Shown: positions 49,133 to 59,193 of the stretch, in pieces | How positions within the stretch are numbered: position 1 is the stretch's first letter | How the letters are laid out: every line of letters starts with the position of its first letter | DNA from: a virus | Virus record (IMG/VR): IMGVR_UViG_3300014720_000031 | Span: 2,881-66,880 of that record | Direction: 5' to 3' (one strand) | Length of the DNA: 64,000 nt | Made by a program: the position numbers and the translations under genes | The notes under the pieces: generated by a model | Database searches by the model: none | Told to the model about the DNA's origin: nothing | The model's input: only the letters and a program-made list of their open reading frames with translations

Positions 49133-49134
49133 AA

Positions 49135-49884
49135 TTAAGCCTTTATGCTTTCATAACAAAATGAATTGCTTGTCATATGAGCCAATTCTGGCTTATTCAA
49201 GTTTGTTCTGTTGTTAATACATCTGAAAGTTAGATATGCTTTAAAATCTTTTCTGTTTTTATAAAATACGCTTTTCACATTAATAGTATTAAAGCTGTTT
49301 GCTTTCGCAAAATTATTTACTTTGGATTTTATTAGATTATCAAATGGTAAAGAGTTATTTTCTATAAAAAAGAGCGGATTTGTAAAACTAAAATCTGGAA
49401 CACATATGGAGCCCATTAATGTATTATTAAATATGAAAGAGTCGTAGAAAGGAATACATAAAAGAAGATCGTCTTCTTTCCATAAAGATCTTAATGTTTT
49501 ATAATCTATTCTTGGTTCATAATAAAAACCCTGTTTACAAGCTATAGTAAAGATATTTATTAAACTTTTATATCCATTATTATTCTTAAAAAAGATTATA
49601 GCCTTTGAGGTCTTTTTTCTAGACTCTTCGCTTTTTTCATTTAAATCATCGTTGACAGATATCCTAACTCCATATCTTAAAGATATATTATACTTTTTTG
49701 TATTTGTATATGCTTCTAAAAATGAAGTCATATTATCCTCAACTAAATATACTTCTTTTAGTTTATTTTCTTTCGCTATATTTATAATTGAATTTGGGTA
49801 AAATTCTTCAGCTTTCTCATCTTCTAGAGTTAATATAGATCTTCCTATGCTATAATGAGATTTAAATATAGGTAAAACTTCCAT
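49135..49884 (-). CDS. stand-alone PHP domain (N-terminal part of Pol III alpha)
   Basis: 'KSHYSIG.S', 'LVEDNM..F', 'KNNNGYKSL', 'FYYEPRID'. Confidence 0.8.
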   Translation of the reverse strand: MEVLPIFKSHYSIGRSILTLEDEKAEEFYPNSIINIAKENKLKEVYLVEDNMTSFLEAYTNTKKYNISLRYGVRISVNDDLNEKSEESRKKTSKAIIFFKNNNGYKSLINIFTIACKQGFYYEPRIDYKTLRSLWKEDDLLLCIPFYDSFIFNNTLMGSICVPDFSFTNPLFFIENNSLPFDNLIKSKVNNFAKANSFNTINVKSVFYKNRKDFKAYLTFRCINNRTNLNKPELAHMTSNSFCYESIKA

Positions 49885-49890
49885 GGTGTT

Positions 49891-49919
49891 ATTATATTAA
49901 ATATATATAATATTGTCAA
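49891..49919 (-). promoter_or_regulatory. consensus sigma70 promoter (leaderless)
   Basis: Perfect TTGACA-17-TATAAT, 6 nt before ATG 49884. Confidence 0.8.
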
Positions 49920-50875
49920 TCTAGATCTGAAAAAGCATCTTTTGGATTACTTGTATTGTTATTTTTTATATTCCATTTTGGACACCCTTGGTATTCCCTT
50001 GTCTCTACTGAGTAACCATTTACATTTTTAAAATCGTTTTTTAAGCTTGTCTCAACAATCTGGCCATCTTTATTAACTTTAACATAATATTCATACGGAT
50101 CTTTATATGGGCATCTCCAGCCTCCTATTTGGCACATCCATTTATTCTTATCGCTATCTGCTGCAAAATTTGCTTTTGCAGACTTCTCGTCAAATCTATT
50201 TATATAATCATTTATGTGTTCTAAATAATGCTCAAAACCTTTTATTTGATCTTCTGTGAACGTCAATTCTTGTATTGGTTGTTTTGGAAATCTTAAAAAT
50301 AGAAACTTAACGATAGGCTTTAATTTTGGCCAAATTTTTAAACTCGCAAGGCTATACATCATGGCTTGAATATTGGCTTCAAGGTCATCTCCTCTAAATT
50401 TATATTTGGAGCTTTTGTAGTCGATTATATGCATTTCTTTCTTCTTTTTAATAGGCTTATCTATAAAACCCTTAATGTGATATTTGGGGGAATCATTTTT
50501 AATATCAAATGGGTATTCTGGTTGAATAATTTTTCCTTCTTTACCAAAGAAATCATGTTTTAATCCGACCATAATCATTTGATCTAAAATTTCAAAATTT
50601 GATTCATTTAGGCCAACTTTTGCTTTTAATTTTTTTATTAATTTAGTTACGCTTTTACTTCCAGTGACAGAGTTACTTTTAATTATTTTATTATAATTAT
50701 GTTTATGTCTTGGATTTAATAATAATTCAAATATCGTATGACAAATTGTTCCTCTTAAAGCTCCATCGTTAGTACTTTGTGGAATCTTTAAATGATAGTT
50801 GTTCCAATAAACCCAAGAGCATGTCTCTAAGGTTTTAATTCTTGAAGCAGAAAGCGTTCTTAGTTCTTTGTCCAT
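49916..50875 (-). CDS. PD-(D/E)XK RecB/Cas4-like nuclease
   Basis: 'LSASRI...C', 'GT..H', 'GFID', 'IIDYKS', 'Q...Y', C-terminal cysteines. Confidence 0.8.
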   Translation of the reverse strand: MDKELRTLSASRIKTLETCSWVYWNNYHLKIPQSTNDGALRGTICHTIFELLLNPRHKHNYNKIIKSNSVTGSKSVTKLIKKLKAKVGLNESNFEILDQMIMVGLKHDFFGKEGKIIQPEYPFDIKNDSPKYHIKGFIDKPIKKKKEMHIIDYKSSKYKFRGDDLEANIQAMMYSLASLKIWPKLKPIVKFLFLRFPKQPIQELTFTEDQIKGFEHYLEHINDYINRFDEKSAKANFAADSDKNKWMCQIGGWRCPYKDPYEYYVKVNKDGQIVETSLKNDFKNVNGYSVETREYQGCPKWNIKNNNTSNPKDAFSDLD

Positions 50876-51768
50876 TTTGCAATCTCTTCTGAGGACATCT
50901 CCCCAAAATCTTTTTTCGTAGGTAATTTAATTTTAATTTGATTTACATCAAAATATCTAGAAAGTTTATTTTGAGCTTTTTGAGCAGCTAAATTGCCAGC
51001 GCTGTTTTTATTGGAGTCATTATTAAAAGATATAAATATTTTATTTGGATCAATCTTTAATAATAGATTTAAGATTGAAATGCTTATCTCTAAACCAAAT
51101 GTAACGATCACATTTTTTACATTTGAATCCCACATGGCCAAGCAATCGCCTATACTTTCTACTAGATAAACTTCTTTCTTATTTTTTATATCTTCAATGT
51201 TCAAAAATAATGGATAACACCATGCAGATTTATCTCCTAAATGTTTCCATTTTATTTTACTTAAATTTGTAATATCTCTTCCAGAAAATCCAACTATATC
51301 CATCTTGCTGTTAAAAATTGGAAAAACATAGCGATTCTTCATTTTTCCGCTTTTGATAACTCCACCTAAAAAAGCACTGAGGGTATCTTCTTTTACTCCT
51401 CTGTTAATCCAATATGTATGATCCTTATCTATATTTGATAATAAGCTTTTATCAAAAGTTTTCGTATCTTTAATTTGTGGCCTAGTATATTCGCTTTTTA
51501 TGTTAGTATATGTAAATTTTTTTTCTTTTAGCCATTCTTTGGCTGTCTCATCATTATTTAATTTTAATGTTTTTTTAATTAAAGACGTGAAATCACCGCT
51601 AATGTTTTCTTTAAAATCAATCCAGTTGCCACTATCTTTATAGATCCTTAAAACTGTATCATTATCGCTATCTCTGTATATAGGTTTTGTTCTATATTCT
51701 TTTCCGTAATCTTTTAAAGAATATCCTATGCTGGTAAGTATTTGATGGATATCTACATTATTTTCCAT
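50860..51768 (-). CDS. DnaG-type DNA primase (Toprim)
   Basis: 'RYVFPI......VGFSGR', 'K.K', 'LVES..D', 'KDFGEM'. Confidence 0.8.
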   Translation of the reverse strand: MENNVDIHQILTSIGYSLKDYGKEYRTKPIYRDSDNDTVLRIYKDSGNWIDFKENISGDFTSLIKKTLKLNNDETAKEWLKEKKFTYTNIKSEYTRPQIKDTKTFDKSLLSNIDKDHTYWINRGVKEDTLSAFLGGVIKSGKMKNRYVFPIFNSKMDIVGFSGRDITNLSKIKWKHLGDKSAWCYPLFLNIEDIKNKKEVYLVESIGDCLAMWDSNVKNVIVTFGLEISISILNLLLKIDPNKIFISFNNDSNKNSAGNLAAQKAQNKLSRYFDVNQIKIKLPTKKDFGEMSSEEIAKWTKN

Positions 51769-52412
51769 TGTAGGGCCTCGCTGGTTATTGGAAATTTTTT
51801 TATAAAAATATTTTTACATTTCTCAGCAATAACCCTATGTTCTTTCTGAGTATTTTTTTCTGTCCTTAATTCAATATAATGTATCCAGCTTCTTAATGAT
51901 CCTTTCATATACATTGTGGTTTGCGTTGTTAATGGCAATATCATTCTTGCTACTTCCTTAGCCACTCCATTTTCTATCATGGATTCATAGCAATGTTGAC
52001 TTATGGATATGGCTTCGGCAATCAAATGGTTTATATTCTCATAACCTTTTGTATCTATTGGCATTAATCTTTCTCCGACTTGTCGATTTTTTTCTCCCTG
52101 TAATCTAAGTTCTATATCTTCATAATCATTCGCTACACTATATCTTTGACTAAATTCTTGAAACGAAAATGATCTATGCCTTAAAATTTGAGCTGCAATT
52201 GCTCTACTTGTTTTGATTTCCAAAGTCATATCTACCATTTCAAATGGCGACCAATGTCTGTGCTTAATTAAAAATTCTAAAAGTTTTGGGGCAGTTTCTA
52301 GATTCATTTGATTTGATGGATTGCTGACTCTAGCACAATATGATATTAAATCTTCTGCGTTTTTTATGCCTTCAATATAAGGATGAGTTACAGAAATTAA
52401 TTCTACGTTCAT
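51753..52412 (-). CDS. thyX: flavin-dependent thymidylate synthase
   Basis: 'HWSPFE', 'QILRHRSFSFQEFSQRY', 'EVARMILP'. Confidence 0.95.
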   Translation of the reverse strand: MNVELISVTHPYIEGIKNAEDLISYCARVSNPSNQMNLETAPKLLEFLIKHRHWSPFEMVDMTLEIKTSRAIAAQILRHRSFSFQEFSQRYSVANDYEDIELRLQGEKNRQVGERLMPIDTKGYENINHLIAEAISISQHCYESMIENGVAKEVARMILPLTTQTTMYMKGSLRSWIHYIELRTEKNTQKEHRVIAEKCKNIFIKKFPITSEALQWKIM

Positions 52413-53893
52413 AATAGCTCTCCATCATTTTGATTTGTATCATTAAGCTCATATTGCTCTCTTTGTCTTGTGGCAATATCTTGCAGAGATCCTCTTTCTT
52501 CTATCTTAAAGTTTTGGACATTGTAATTCAAATAGTTTTGCGCCCAAACTTCTTTGCCAGCGGAGTCTAACCTTCTGACTAAATCTTGATGACCTGCCGC
52601 TTCTTTTCCTTGAAATCTTGTTTTAGTCGGAATTAATTTATGAGTACCGAACTGTTGACCATCTAAAGCTAGTTCGTCCAGAGTTTTTCTTCTAAATATT
52701 GCGACGAAGGAAGCGAACCATTGTAGTCTATCCGACAATGCGATTACGGAACTATCGTCTACAACGGTATTTGAATTTCTATTAAAATTTTCTCCAGAAC
52801 GATTTAATTGCATTGCGGTGACTATTGGACAATTAATTTCTTCAGATATTCTTTTTAATTTATCTATTTTTTCTCCTATGGCTTGATGCTCTGCCCAATT
52901 ATTGCCAACTTTTTCTCCAGTCAATTTTATATAATCATATGCTATCAATGCTTGATTTCCTCTTCCTACTTTTGATAGATACCAGCGCCTAATTATTGAG
53001 CAGATTTGATCTATATTTTTACTTCCTACATGATAATGATAGTATTCATAATTTTTAACTAATTGCCAAGCGGCTCTAACTTTTTTTGTCATCTCCTCAT
53101 TTTTTCTCCAATTACCTGTCTCTAAATACCACATAGGTACATCTGCCAAAGAAGAAACCATTCTTAATTGAATATCAAAGGTCTGCATTTCTGTGTCTAA
53201 AATCAATGTTTTTACTTTATTTTTTGGATTAATACTTGCATTAAAACATATATCATTTATCCATGTAGATTTTCCCTGACCTGGACGACTAACTATAGCG
53301 TAAATATTTCCATTTTTAAGACCACCATAAAGTCTATTAAATTCTGGATAAGATGTAGTAAGCCCTACTTCCTCTTTTGGATTATTTCCGATCTCTTCAA
53401 TAACGTCTTCGACATTGTTAAATAAATTAATTGGCTCGTCATTAATTTCATAAGATGATATTTTCTTATTATAAATAGAATCGCACTCAGCAATTATTTT
53501 ATCTATTGGTTCTTCAGGGCTCTTTACAAGAAAATCTTTTAGCTTTTCTGCGGTCTGAGAAATCTCTCTTCTGATTCTCAATTTTAAGAGCTCTTTACAT
53601 GCATTAATAGTAGCTTCCTCGGTTATTTGAGAGAAGCTAAGGTTATCTATATAGTCATAAATATTAATATCATCTTTAAAAGATATGCCCAAGTTTTTAA
53701 TTTTTTCAGCTAAAAGCACCTTATCAATCTTTTCTCCTTTTTGAGCTATGCTTTTATATACAGAATATATTGAAGAGTGGACTTCATTAAAAAAGTCATT
53801 TTCATTTAGAAAAACATCAATATCTGGAAATAGATTTTGATATTTAATTAACCCGCTCAGTACGTGTCTTTCTACCTGTATTGAATAAATCAT
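52409..53893 (-). CDS. dnaB: replicative DNA helicase
   Basis: Walker A 'RPGQGKST', 'DTEM', 'DYIKL', 'QLNR'. Confidence 0.9.
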   Translation of the reverse strand: MIYSIQVERHVLSGLIKYQNLFPDIDVFLNENDFFNEVHSSIYSVYKSIAQKGEKIDKVLLAEKIKNLGISFKDDINIYDYIDNLSFSQITEEATINACKELLKLRIRREISQTAEKLKDFLVKSPEEPIDKIIAECDSIYNKKISSYEINDEPINLFNNVEDVIEEIGNNPKEEVGLTTSYPEFNRLYGGLKNGNIYAIVSRPGQGKSTWINDICFNASINPKNKVKTLILDTEMQTFDIQLRMVSSLADVPMWYLETGNWRKNEEMTKKVRAAWQLVKNYEYYHYHVGSKNIDQICSIIRRWYLSKVGRGNQALIAYDYIKLTGEKVGNNWAEHQAIGEKIDKLKRISEEINCPIVTAMQLNRSGENFNRNSNTVVDDSSVIALSDRLQWFASFVAIFRRKTLDELALDGQQFGTHKLIPTKTRFQGKEAAGHQDLVRRLDSAGKEVWAQNYLNYNVQNFKIEERGSLQDIATRQREQYELNDTNQNDGELL

Positions 53894-53901
53894 TAACCAT
53901 T

Positions 53902-53930
53902 ATGATACTAGATTAAAAAATAAAAGTCAA
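53902..53930 (-). promoter_or_regulatory. sigma70-type promoter (near-leaderless)
   Basis: TTGACT-17-TATCAT, 8 nt before ATG 53893. Confidence 0.6.
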
Positions 53931-53937
53931 GAGCCTT

Positions 53938-54219
53938 TTAATTTTTATCTTCTAAGTCATCAAAATCATCATCTTCTCTATTTGTTTTGGCAATTTGATC
54001 TGTTGTGGCTTCTAAATTTAATTGGTCTATACTTTGACTCCAAGTATTAACATAATACAATAATGCCATAGCATTTATTTGATTATCAAATTTTGTAAAT
54101 ACTTGGGGCTCCCCTTTACTTGAAAAGTTGAACATTATATATCCTCCGAAACTGCATTCATCAAGTTGCTTTAATAGTGAATCTGGTATTTTAAAACTTT
54201 TCTTTTTATTTGTCACCAA
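53938..54219 (-). CDS. hypothetical protein with acidic tail
   Basis: 93 aa; start may be GTG 54216, 9 nt after the GTGTAA motif at 54226-54231. Confidence 0.6.
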   Translation of the reverse strand: MVTNKKKSFKIPDSLLKQLDECSFGGYIMFNFSSKGEPQVFTKFDNQINAMALLYYVNTWSQSIDQLNLEATTDQIAKTNREDDDFDDLEDKN

Positions 54220-54231
54220 ATAATTTTACAC

Positions 54232-54651
54232 TTAAATAATAAAAATTTGGAACTTTTCTTGTATATAGTCTAAAGAGACTTTTTTTAAATCATTTTCATA
54301 TAATTGCAAGAATTTAAAATTATTCATTTCAAGCCATTTTTCTTTTTTTACATCTCTTTTTATACTATTTAAATATTTTAATCTTGAGTCTCCGTGAAAA
54401 AATTTATTAAAGGATTCATGTTGATCGCCTTGTATCTCAACTGCAATTCTTTTTGTTGCATTTAATATATCAACTTTAAGCATTGTTCCATACACGGGGA
54501 ACTCTTCATATACAATATGGTTTTTCCAGAATGGATAAAAAAACTGTTTAAAATTAAATTGAAGCTTACTTCTACTTTTACCTTCCCAATTTATAAGATT
54601 TTTTCTTACATTTTTATTAACGAGTTTACCGTTAATATTTAATAGTCTCAT
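54232..54651 (-). CDS. Vsr/DUF559-like endonuclease
   Basis: 'EEFPV', 'VDI', 'AVEIQG.QH', 'RD..K..WL'. Confidence 0.7.
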   Translation of the reverse strand: MRLLNINGKLVNKNVRKNLINWEGKSRSKLQFNFKQFFYPFWKNHIVYEEFPVYGTMLKVDILNATKRIAVEIQGDQHESFNKFFHGDSRLKYLNSIKRDVKKEKWLEMNNFKFLQLYENDLKKVSLDYIQEKFQIFII

Positions 54652-55793
54652 GTTGCCAATGTAGAGATGAATTTATTATAAAAGTAATTTGTAATATCTT
54701 TATTATCTTCAAGATAAAGCCTTAAGTTATCTATACCTTGATGCTGTTTTTTAAGTTCAATATTAGACTTTTTAAGTTCTTCTATAATTTCATCTGAAAA
54801 AGTTACCCATGCTCCTTTTGCAGTGGCGAATTCCCAGCTCAAAATCTGATCGATTACTTCGTACTCTTTCCAAACTGATGCGCCGTCTTTTCTTCCATAT
54901 TTTATTGGATATTGAACTTTAGAGTTAGTGGACTCATTTGTTGATTTTTTGATAGCGATCTTTACATTATGTCCAATAATTTTATTTTTAATTGGGTCAT
55001 ATTTTTCATTTGGTTTTTCAAGAATAAGATCTTTATTATAACGTGGTTCAAATTCAAGAATCCAATTAGCAAAATGAAGAAGAGCATTGCCTCCTGTTGC
55101 GCTAGTTTGTCTTATATCTTTATTTGCAGCGTATGGATCTAGTTTGATATCCGAGCGTACTTGACTAATAAAAATCGCCATATGGCCGCGCTTAGATAAG
55201 GCTAAAGATATTTTTTTCATTAACATTGATGATATCACTGCTCCACCAGCAACTTTCGTAGCTTCACTTAAAGTTTTTTCTTTATCATTTTTTGTAATCA
55301 ATCCATCAACTGAATCTAATATAAAAATATATCTTTTGTTTTCTTCATTATTCTGGATAAGTTCTTTCATCAATTCGGAAACAGTTTCAAAGACATTCGA
55401 CTCAAAAACAAAGCAAGTTCCATCTTCCCATTCATCTGGATTTGTAACAAACTTAATTCCAGATCTTTCTTGGACTTCTTTACTCAATCTTCCTTCCGCT
55501 TTAAATAGCAAGGCCTTAGAGTCTTTTAAGGAAGTGAGAAAATTTTTTGAGACCTCTAAAGCTTCGCTAGTTTTACCGCCCTCATTCATTCCAATGAATC
55601 TATGTAAGCCTGGGCATAGTCCTCCTCCAGTGGCAATATCTAAATTTAGGCTTCCAGTTGAAACTTTATAATAGATTTCTTCTTCAAAATTATAATGATC
55701 ATCTTTATTTTGTTTTAAAAATGCGGATAATCTAGTTTTTGCTGATGGTAGATTGCTTGTTTCTACTACTTCTTCTTTAGGTTTTCTTCCCAT
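54648..55793 (-). CDS. recA: RecA/UvsX-like recombinase
   Basis: 'STGSL.LDIATGGG', 'G.NEGGKTS', 'LDSV', 'IFISQVR', 'GGNAL.H'. Confidence 0.85.
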   Translation of the reverse strand: MGRKPKEEVVETSNLPSAKTRLSAFLKQNKDDHYNFEEEIYYKVSTGSLNLDIATGGGLCPGLHRFIGMNEGGKTSEALEVSKNFLTSLKDSKALLFKAEGRLSKEVQERSGIKFVTNPDEWEDGTCFVFESNVFETVSELMKELIQNNEENKRYIFILDSVDGLITKNDKEKTLSEATKVAGGAVISSMLMKKISLALSKRGHMAIFISQVRSDIKLDPYAANKDIRQTSATGGNALLHFANWILEFEPRYNKDLILEKPNEKYDPIKNKIIGHNVKIAIKKSTNESTNSKVQYPIKYGRKDGASVWKEYEVIDQILSWEFATAKGAWVTFSDEIIEELKKSNIELKKQHQGIDNLRLYLEDNKDITNYFYNKFISTLAT

Positions 55794-56115
55794 ATCTTAT
55801 AAATTCTAGCAGGGTTTTAGGTTTTTGGCAAACATTTTTATCTTCACCAATTTTATTTTCTTTGATATTATATGTATTTTTATTTATTATTAATCTATTT
55901 TTTTTGTCTTCTATATTTAAAAAAGCCTTGCCATCTTCTGTTAAAAACCAAGCTAAGCTAGGCAAATTTAAATCTTTTAAGGATTTCCAGTAAGTTAAAG
56001 TCTTATATTTTTTTATTAACTTTTGAGCTATTTTTATTTCTCTTGGCCAATTTGGTTTTGTTTTTATAAACTTTTTTACGATTAATTGGCATAATTTATG
56101 GTTTGTAATTTTCAA
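55777..56115 (-). CDS. hypothetical basic protein
   Basis: 112-aa ORF overlapping both neighbours. Confidence 0.55.
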   Translation of the reverse strand: MKITNHKLCQLIVKKFIKTKPNWPREIKIAQKLIKKYKTLTYWKSLKDLNLPSLAWFLTEDGKAFLNIEDKKNRLIINKNTYNIKENKIGEDKNVCQKPKTLLEFIRYGKKT

Positions 56116-57154
56116 TATCCCATTTTACCATTCTTTCAACCAGATTGTCAAAGGAATTTTCAGGTTTCCATCCTAATTCGACTCTAGCTTTTGACGAATC
56201 TCCTAGTAGAAGATCTACTTCTGCTGGCCTATAAAAATTTGGATCGGTTTGTACTAATATTTTTGTTGCAATATTTCCATCTTTTAGTAAGTAATCTGGT
56301 AGAACATATAAAGTATTAACGCCTTCTCCCGTCCATATTCCGTCTTTTATATTAGCATATGAAAATGATTTTTCTACAAATTCTTTTATAGAGTGAGTTT
56401 CTTCGGAAGATAAAATATATTCCTTTGGCTTTTCTTGATTTAGCATAGTCCATATGCCTTTAACAAAATCTTCCGCGTGACTCCAATCTCTTTTAGATTC
56501 TAAATTTCCTAGTTTTATTGGTTCAAATGGTATTTTATTATCTATGGCATATTTAATTCTGGCTACTCCTTTTGTGATTTTTCTTGTGACAAATTCCTCT
56601 CCTCGCCTTTCGCTTTCATGGTTATAGAGTATACAGTGAATAGCATATAAATTATAAGACTCTCTAAATACTTTTGTTATATGTCTTGCTGACGCTTTCG
56701 CTGCTCCATATGGAGATCTTGGCTTTAATGGATGTTTTAAATCTTGCGGAGAATATTCTACATTGCCCATTTCCTCGCTAGAGCCAGCTGAATAAAATCT
56801 GCAAGATGGACAATTTTTTCTTATAGCTTCCAAACATCTAAGAACGCCTAAAGCTGTTACATCAAAAGTCTGCTCTGGCATAATCCAGCTTGCTCCAACA
56901 AAAGATTGTGCGGCGAAATTAATGAAATAATCTGGTTGTATGTTTTTTACCATATTCTCTAAAGAAGATCCATCAGATAAATCTCCATAAATTAATTTAA
57001 AATTTGGATGATTTATTATTTTAATTAAATTTGAATAATTTGGATTAGACGATCTTCTTATCATCCCATATACTATATGACCCAAAGATAGGCAGTACTC
57101 CGCCATATAAGATCCATCTTGACCGCTAACTCCTGTTATTATAATCTTTTTCAT
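56096..57154 (-). CDS. gmd: GDP-mannose 4,6-dehydratase
   Basis: 'ITGVSGQDGSY', 'AAQSFV', 'PRSPYGAAK', 'NHESERRGEEFVTRKI', 'RDW.HA.D', 'YRPAEVDLLLGD'. Confidence 0.95.
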   Translation of the reverse strand: MKKIIITGVSGQDGSYMAEYCLSLGHIVYGMIRRSSNPNYSNLIKIINHPNFKLIYGDLSDGSSLENMVKNIQPDYFINFAAQSFVGASWIMPEQTFDVTALGVLRCLEAIRKNCPSCRFYSAGSSEEMGNVEYSPQDLKHPLKPRSPYGAAKASARHITKVFRESYNLYAIHCILYNHESERRGEEFVTRKITKGVARIKYAIDNKIPFEPIKLGNLESKRDWSHAEDFVKGIWTMLNQEKPKEYILSSEETHSIKEFVEKSFSYANIKDGIWTGEGVNTLYVLPDYLLKDGNIATKILVQTDPNFYRPAEVDLLLGDSSKARVELGWKPENSFDNLVERMVKWDIENYKP

Positions 57155-57155
57155 C

Positions 57156-58310
57156 TTAAAGATTATTGATATAATTCAACAATTTATCTAAATTATTTGA
57201 AGAGACTTTACTATGTAGTCCAACATAAAAACCATTATTATTTAATACTTCACTATTTTTATAATGTTTATAGTTAGCGTATTTTTTAAAACAAGTTTGT
57301 CTTAAAAGATTACCAGAGATAATTGGCCGTGTTTCGATGCCATTCTTTTTGCAAAAGTCTAAAGCTTTTATTTTATCTTTTTTGTTTTTACATATAACAG
57401 GAATGCAAAATGGAACATGAATTCTATTATCAAAATTTTTTGGTAAGGAGGCTCTTTGGGTATATTTATGTATATAATTATTATAAATATTAATTCTTTT
57501 ATCTATATAAAATTTTATTCTTTTAAAATCTAATAATCCTATCAACGCATTGATATTAGTATTCCTAAAGTTATTACCTAATAAATAGAAATCAAATCTT
57601 GAATCTACATTTTTATTTAAATACTTTTGATTATCTTTTACGCTTCTTGTCATTCCGTGGTTTCTTGCCATTAGAAAATAATCGTATTCTTTATCTGAAT
57701 TAGTGAATATAAATCCACCTTCTACGCTTTGCAGTTGGTGGCCAAAATAAGTACTTGTCGTGGAAGTAAAGAAAGAGCTCACGTTTTTATTTTTGAAAGA
57801 ACCAAATGTATTTTCACAATTATCTAACATAAATTTTACTTTATATTTTTTTTCTAGATATATAATTTTGCCTATATCAGGAGTATAACCCAATAGACTT
57901 GTAATAAAAACACATGATATATTTTTAGATTTTTTAATTAATAAATCTTCTAATTTGTTCAAATCCATTGACCAATCCTCAAGATTAATATCAACAAAAT
58001 TAGGAGTAAAGCCTTCTCTTATAAAAGGCGAAACGGAGGTAACCCATGTCGTAGATGGAAATACTATAATATTTTTGTTCTTCGAATATTGATTATCTTT
58101 AAGATACATAGCTAACAATGTATTTGCAAGAGAACCATTTGCGACAAATACTGCGTATTTTACTCCAACATATTCGGCCATTGTTTTTTCAAAAAGCGAA
58201 ACCTGATCGCCCATAGTCCACATATCTTTTTTCTTTAAGAAAAACTTACATATATTAAATTTATCTTTTAATGTAAAATTAGATTCGTTTAGATTCCACA
58301 TGTTTTTCAT
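57156..58310 (-). CDS. PLP-dependent GDP-4-keto-6-deoxymannose 3-dehydratase (ColD-like, DegT family)
   Basis: DegT fold; 'STYFGHQLQSVEGG' has His at the position of the usual Schiff-base Lys; 'ETRPIISGN'. Confidence 0.75.
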   Translation of the reverse strand: MKNMWNLNESNFTLKDKFNICKFFLKKKDMWTMGDQVSLFEKTMAEYVGVKYAVFVANGSLANTLLAMYLKDNQYSKNKNIIVFPSTTWVTSVSPFIREGFTPNFVDINLEDWSMDLNKLEDLLIKKSKNISCVFITSLLGYTPDIGKIIYLEKKYKVKFMLDNCENTFGSFKNKNVSSFFTSTTSTYFGHQLQSVEGGFIFTNSDKEYDYFLMARNHGMTRSVKDNQKYLNKNVDSRFDFYLLGNNFRNTNINALIGLLDFKRIKFYIDKRINIYNNYIHKYTQRASLPKNFDNRIHVPFCIPVICKNKKDKIKALDFCKKNGIETRPIISGNLLRQTCFKKYANYKHYKNSEVLNNNGFYVGLHSKVSSNNLDKLLNYINNL

Positions 58311-59193
58311 AAGTTCTTTTTATTCCTTCATAGAGCGGGGTAAATTTAAATCCATTTAAAATACTAATTAATTTGGCTGACGAGGCATCTTTTCTATATT
58401 GACCATCTGGCTTTAATATATCCCATTGTATACTAATATTGTTTGCATTGCAAGCTCTTAGTGCTATTTCTGCTATTTCTTTTATGCTTTTAACTTCATC
58501 GGTGCATACATTGCAACTTTCGTTTATATTATTTTCAACAAAATTAAAAATAACTTTTGCTAAATCGTCTGCATACATAAATTGTCTTAAAGGCTTCCCT
58601 GTGCCCATTAGTTGTATATTTGTGTTATTATTTTTTGCATTATAAATTTTATTTAATAAACTAGATAAAAAATGAGCCTTATCGCCTTCAAAATGATCAT
58701 ATTCGGAATATAGATTGCACGGAGTTAGATATGTATAATTTTTATTATATTGTTTATTATAAGCTTCAATTTGAACAGCCATACATCTTTTAGCATATCC
58801 ATAAGCAAAATTTGTTTCCGTTGGTGGTCCTTTGTGTAAGAGGCTCTCGATCATTGGGTACTCATTGTCATCTACTTTATCTGGATAAATACATGTACTT
58901 AATATACCTATAAATTGATTAACACTTACTTCATGTGCATATTTTAATACATTTGTATTAATCATAATATTTTCTTCAAAAAATTGAACGGGGTTTTTGA
59001 TATTGTCCATAATCCCACCAACTTTTGCTGCCAAATGAATTACTTTCTGTGGTCTAATATCATGCATTAATTCTAAGACTTCTTTTGGATTTTTTAAATT
59101 ACAATCTTTACTAGATATAAAAATTCCATTTGGTAAATATTTGATTAGATGCTTGCCAACCATACTAGATCCGCCTGTTATTAAAATTTTCAT
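58279..59193 (-). CDS. GDP-L-fucose/colitose synthase (epimerase-reductase, Fcl/ColC family)
   Basis: 'ITG..SMVG', 'HLAAKVGGI..N', 'STCIYP', 'YGYAKR', 'GTGKPLRQFMY..DLA', 'KPDGQ'. Confidence 0.88.
   Translation of the reverse strand: MKILITGGSSMVGKHLIKYLPNGIFISSKDCNLKNPKEVLELMHDIRPQKVIHLAAKVGGIMDNIKNPVQFFEENIMINTNVLKYAHEVSVNQFIGILSTCIYPDKVDDNEYPMIESLLHKGPPTETNFAYGYAKRCMAVQIEAYNKQYNKNYTYLTPCNLYSEYDHFEGDKAHFLSSLLNKIYNAKNNNTNIQLMGTGKPLRQFMYADDLAKVIFNFVENNINESCNVCTDEVKSIKEIAEIALRACNANNISIQWDILKPDGQYRKDASSAKLISILNGFKFTPLYEGIKRTYEKHVESKRI

Noticed and set aside
49916-50875. Cas4/CRISPR system
   Set aside because: No repeat-spacer array or other cas genes; solo PD-(D/E)XK nucleases are common in phage replication modules.
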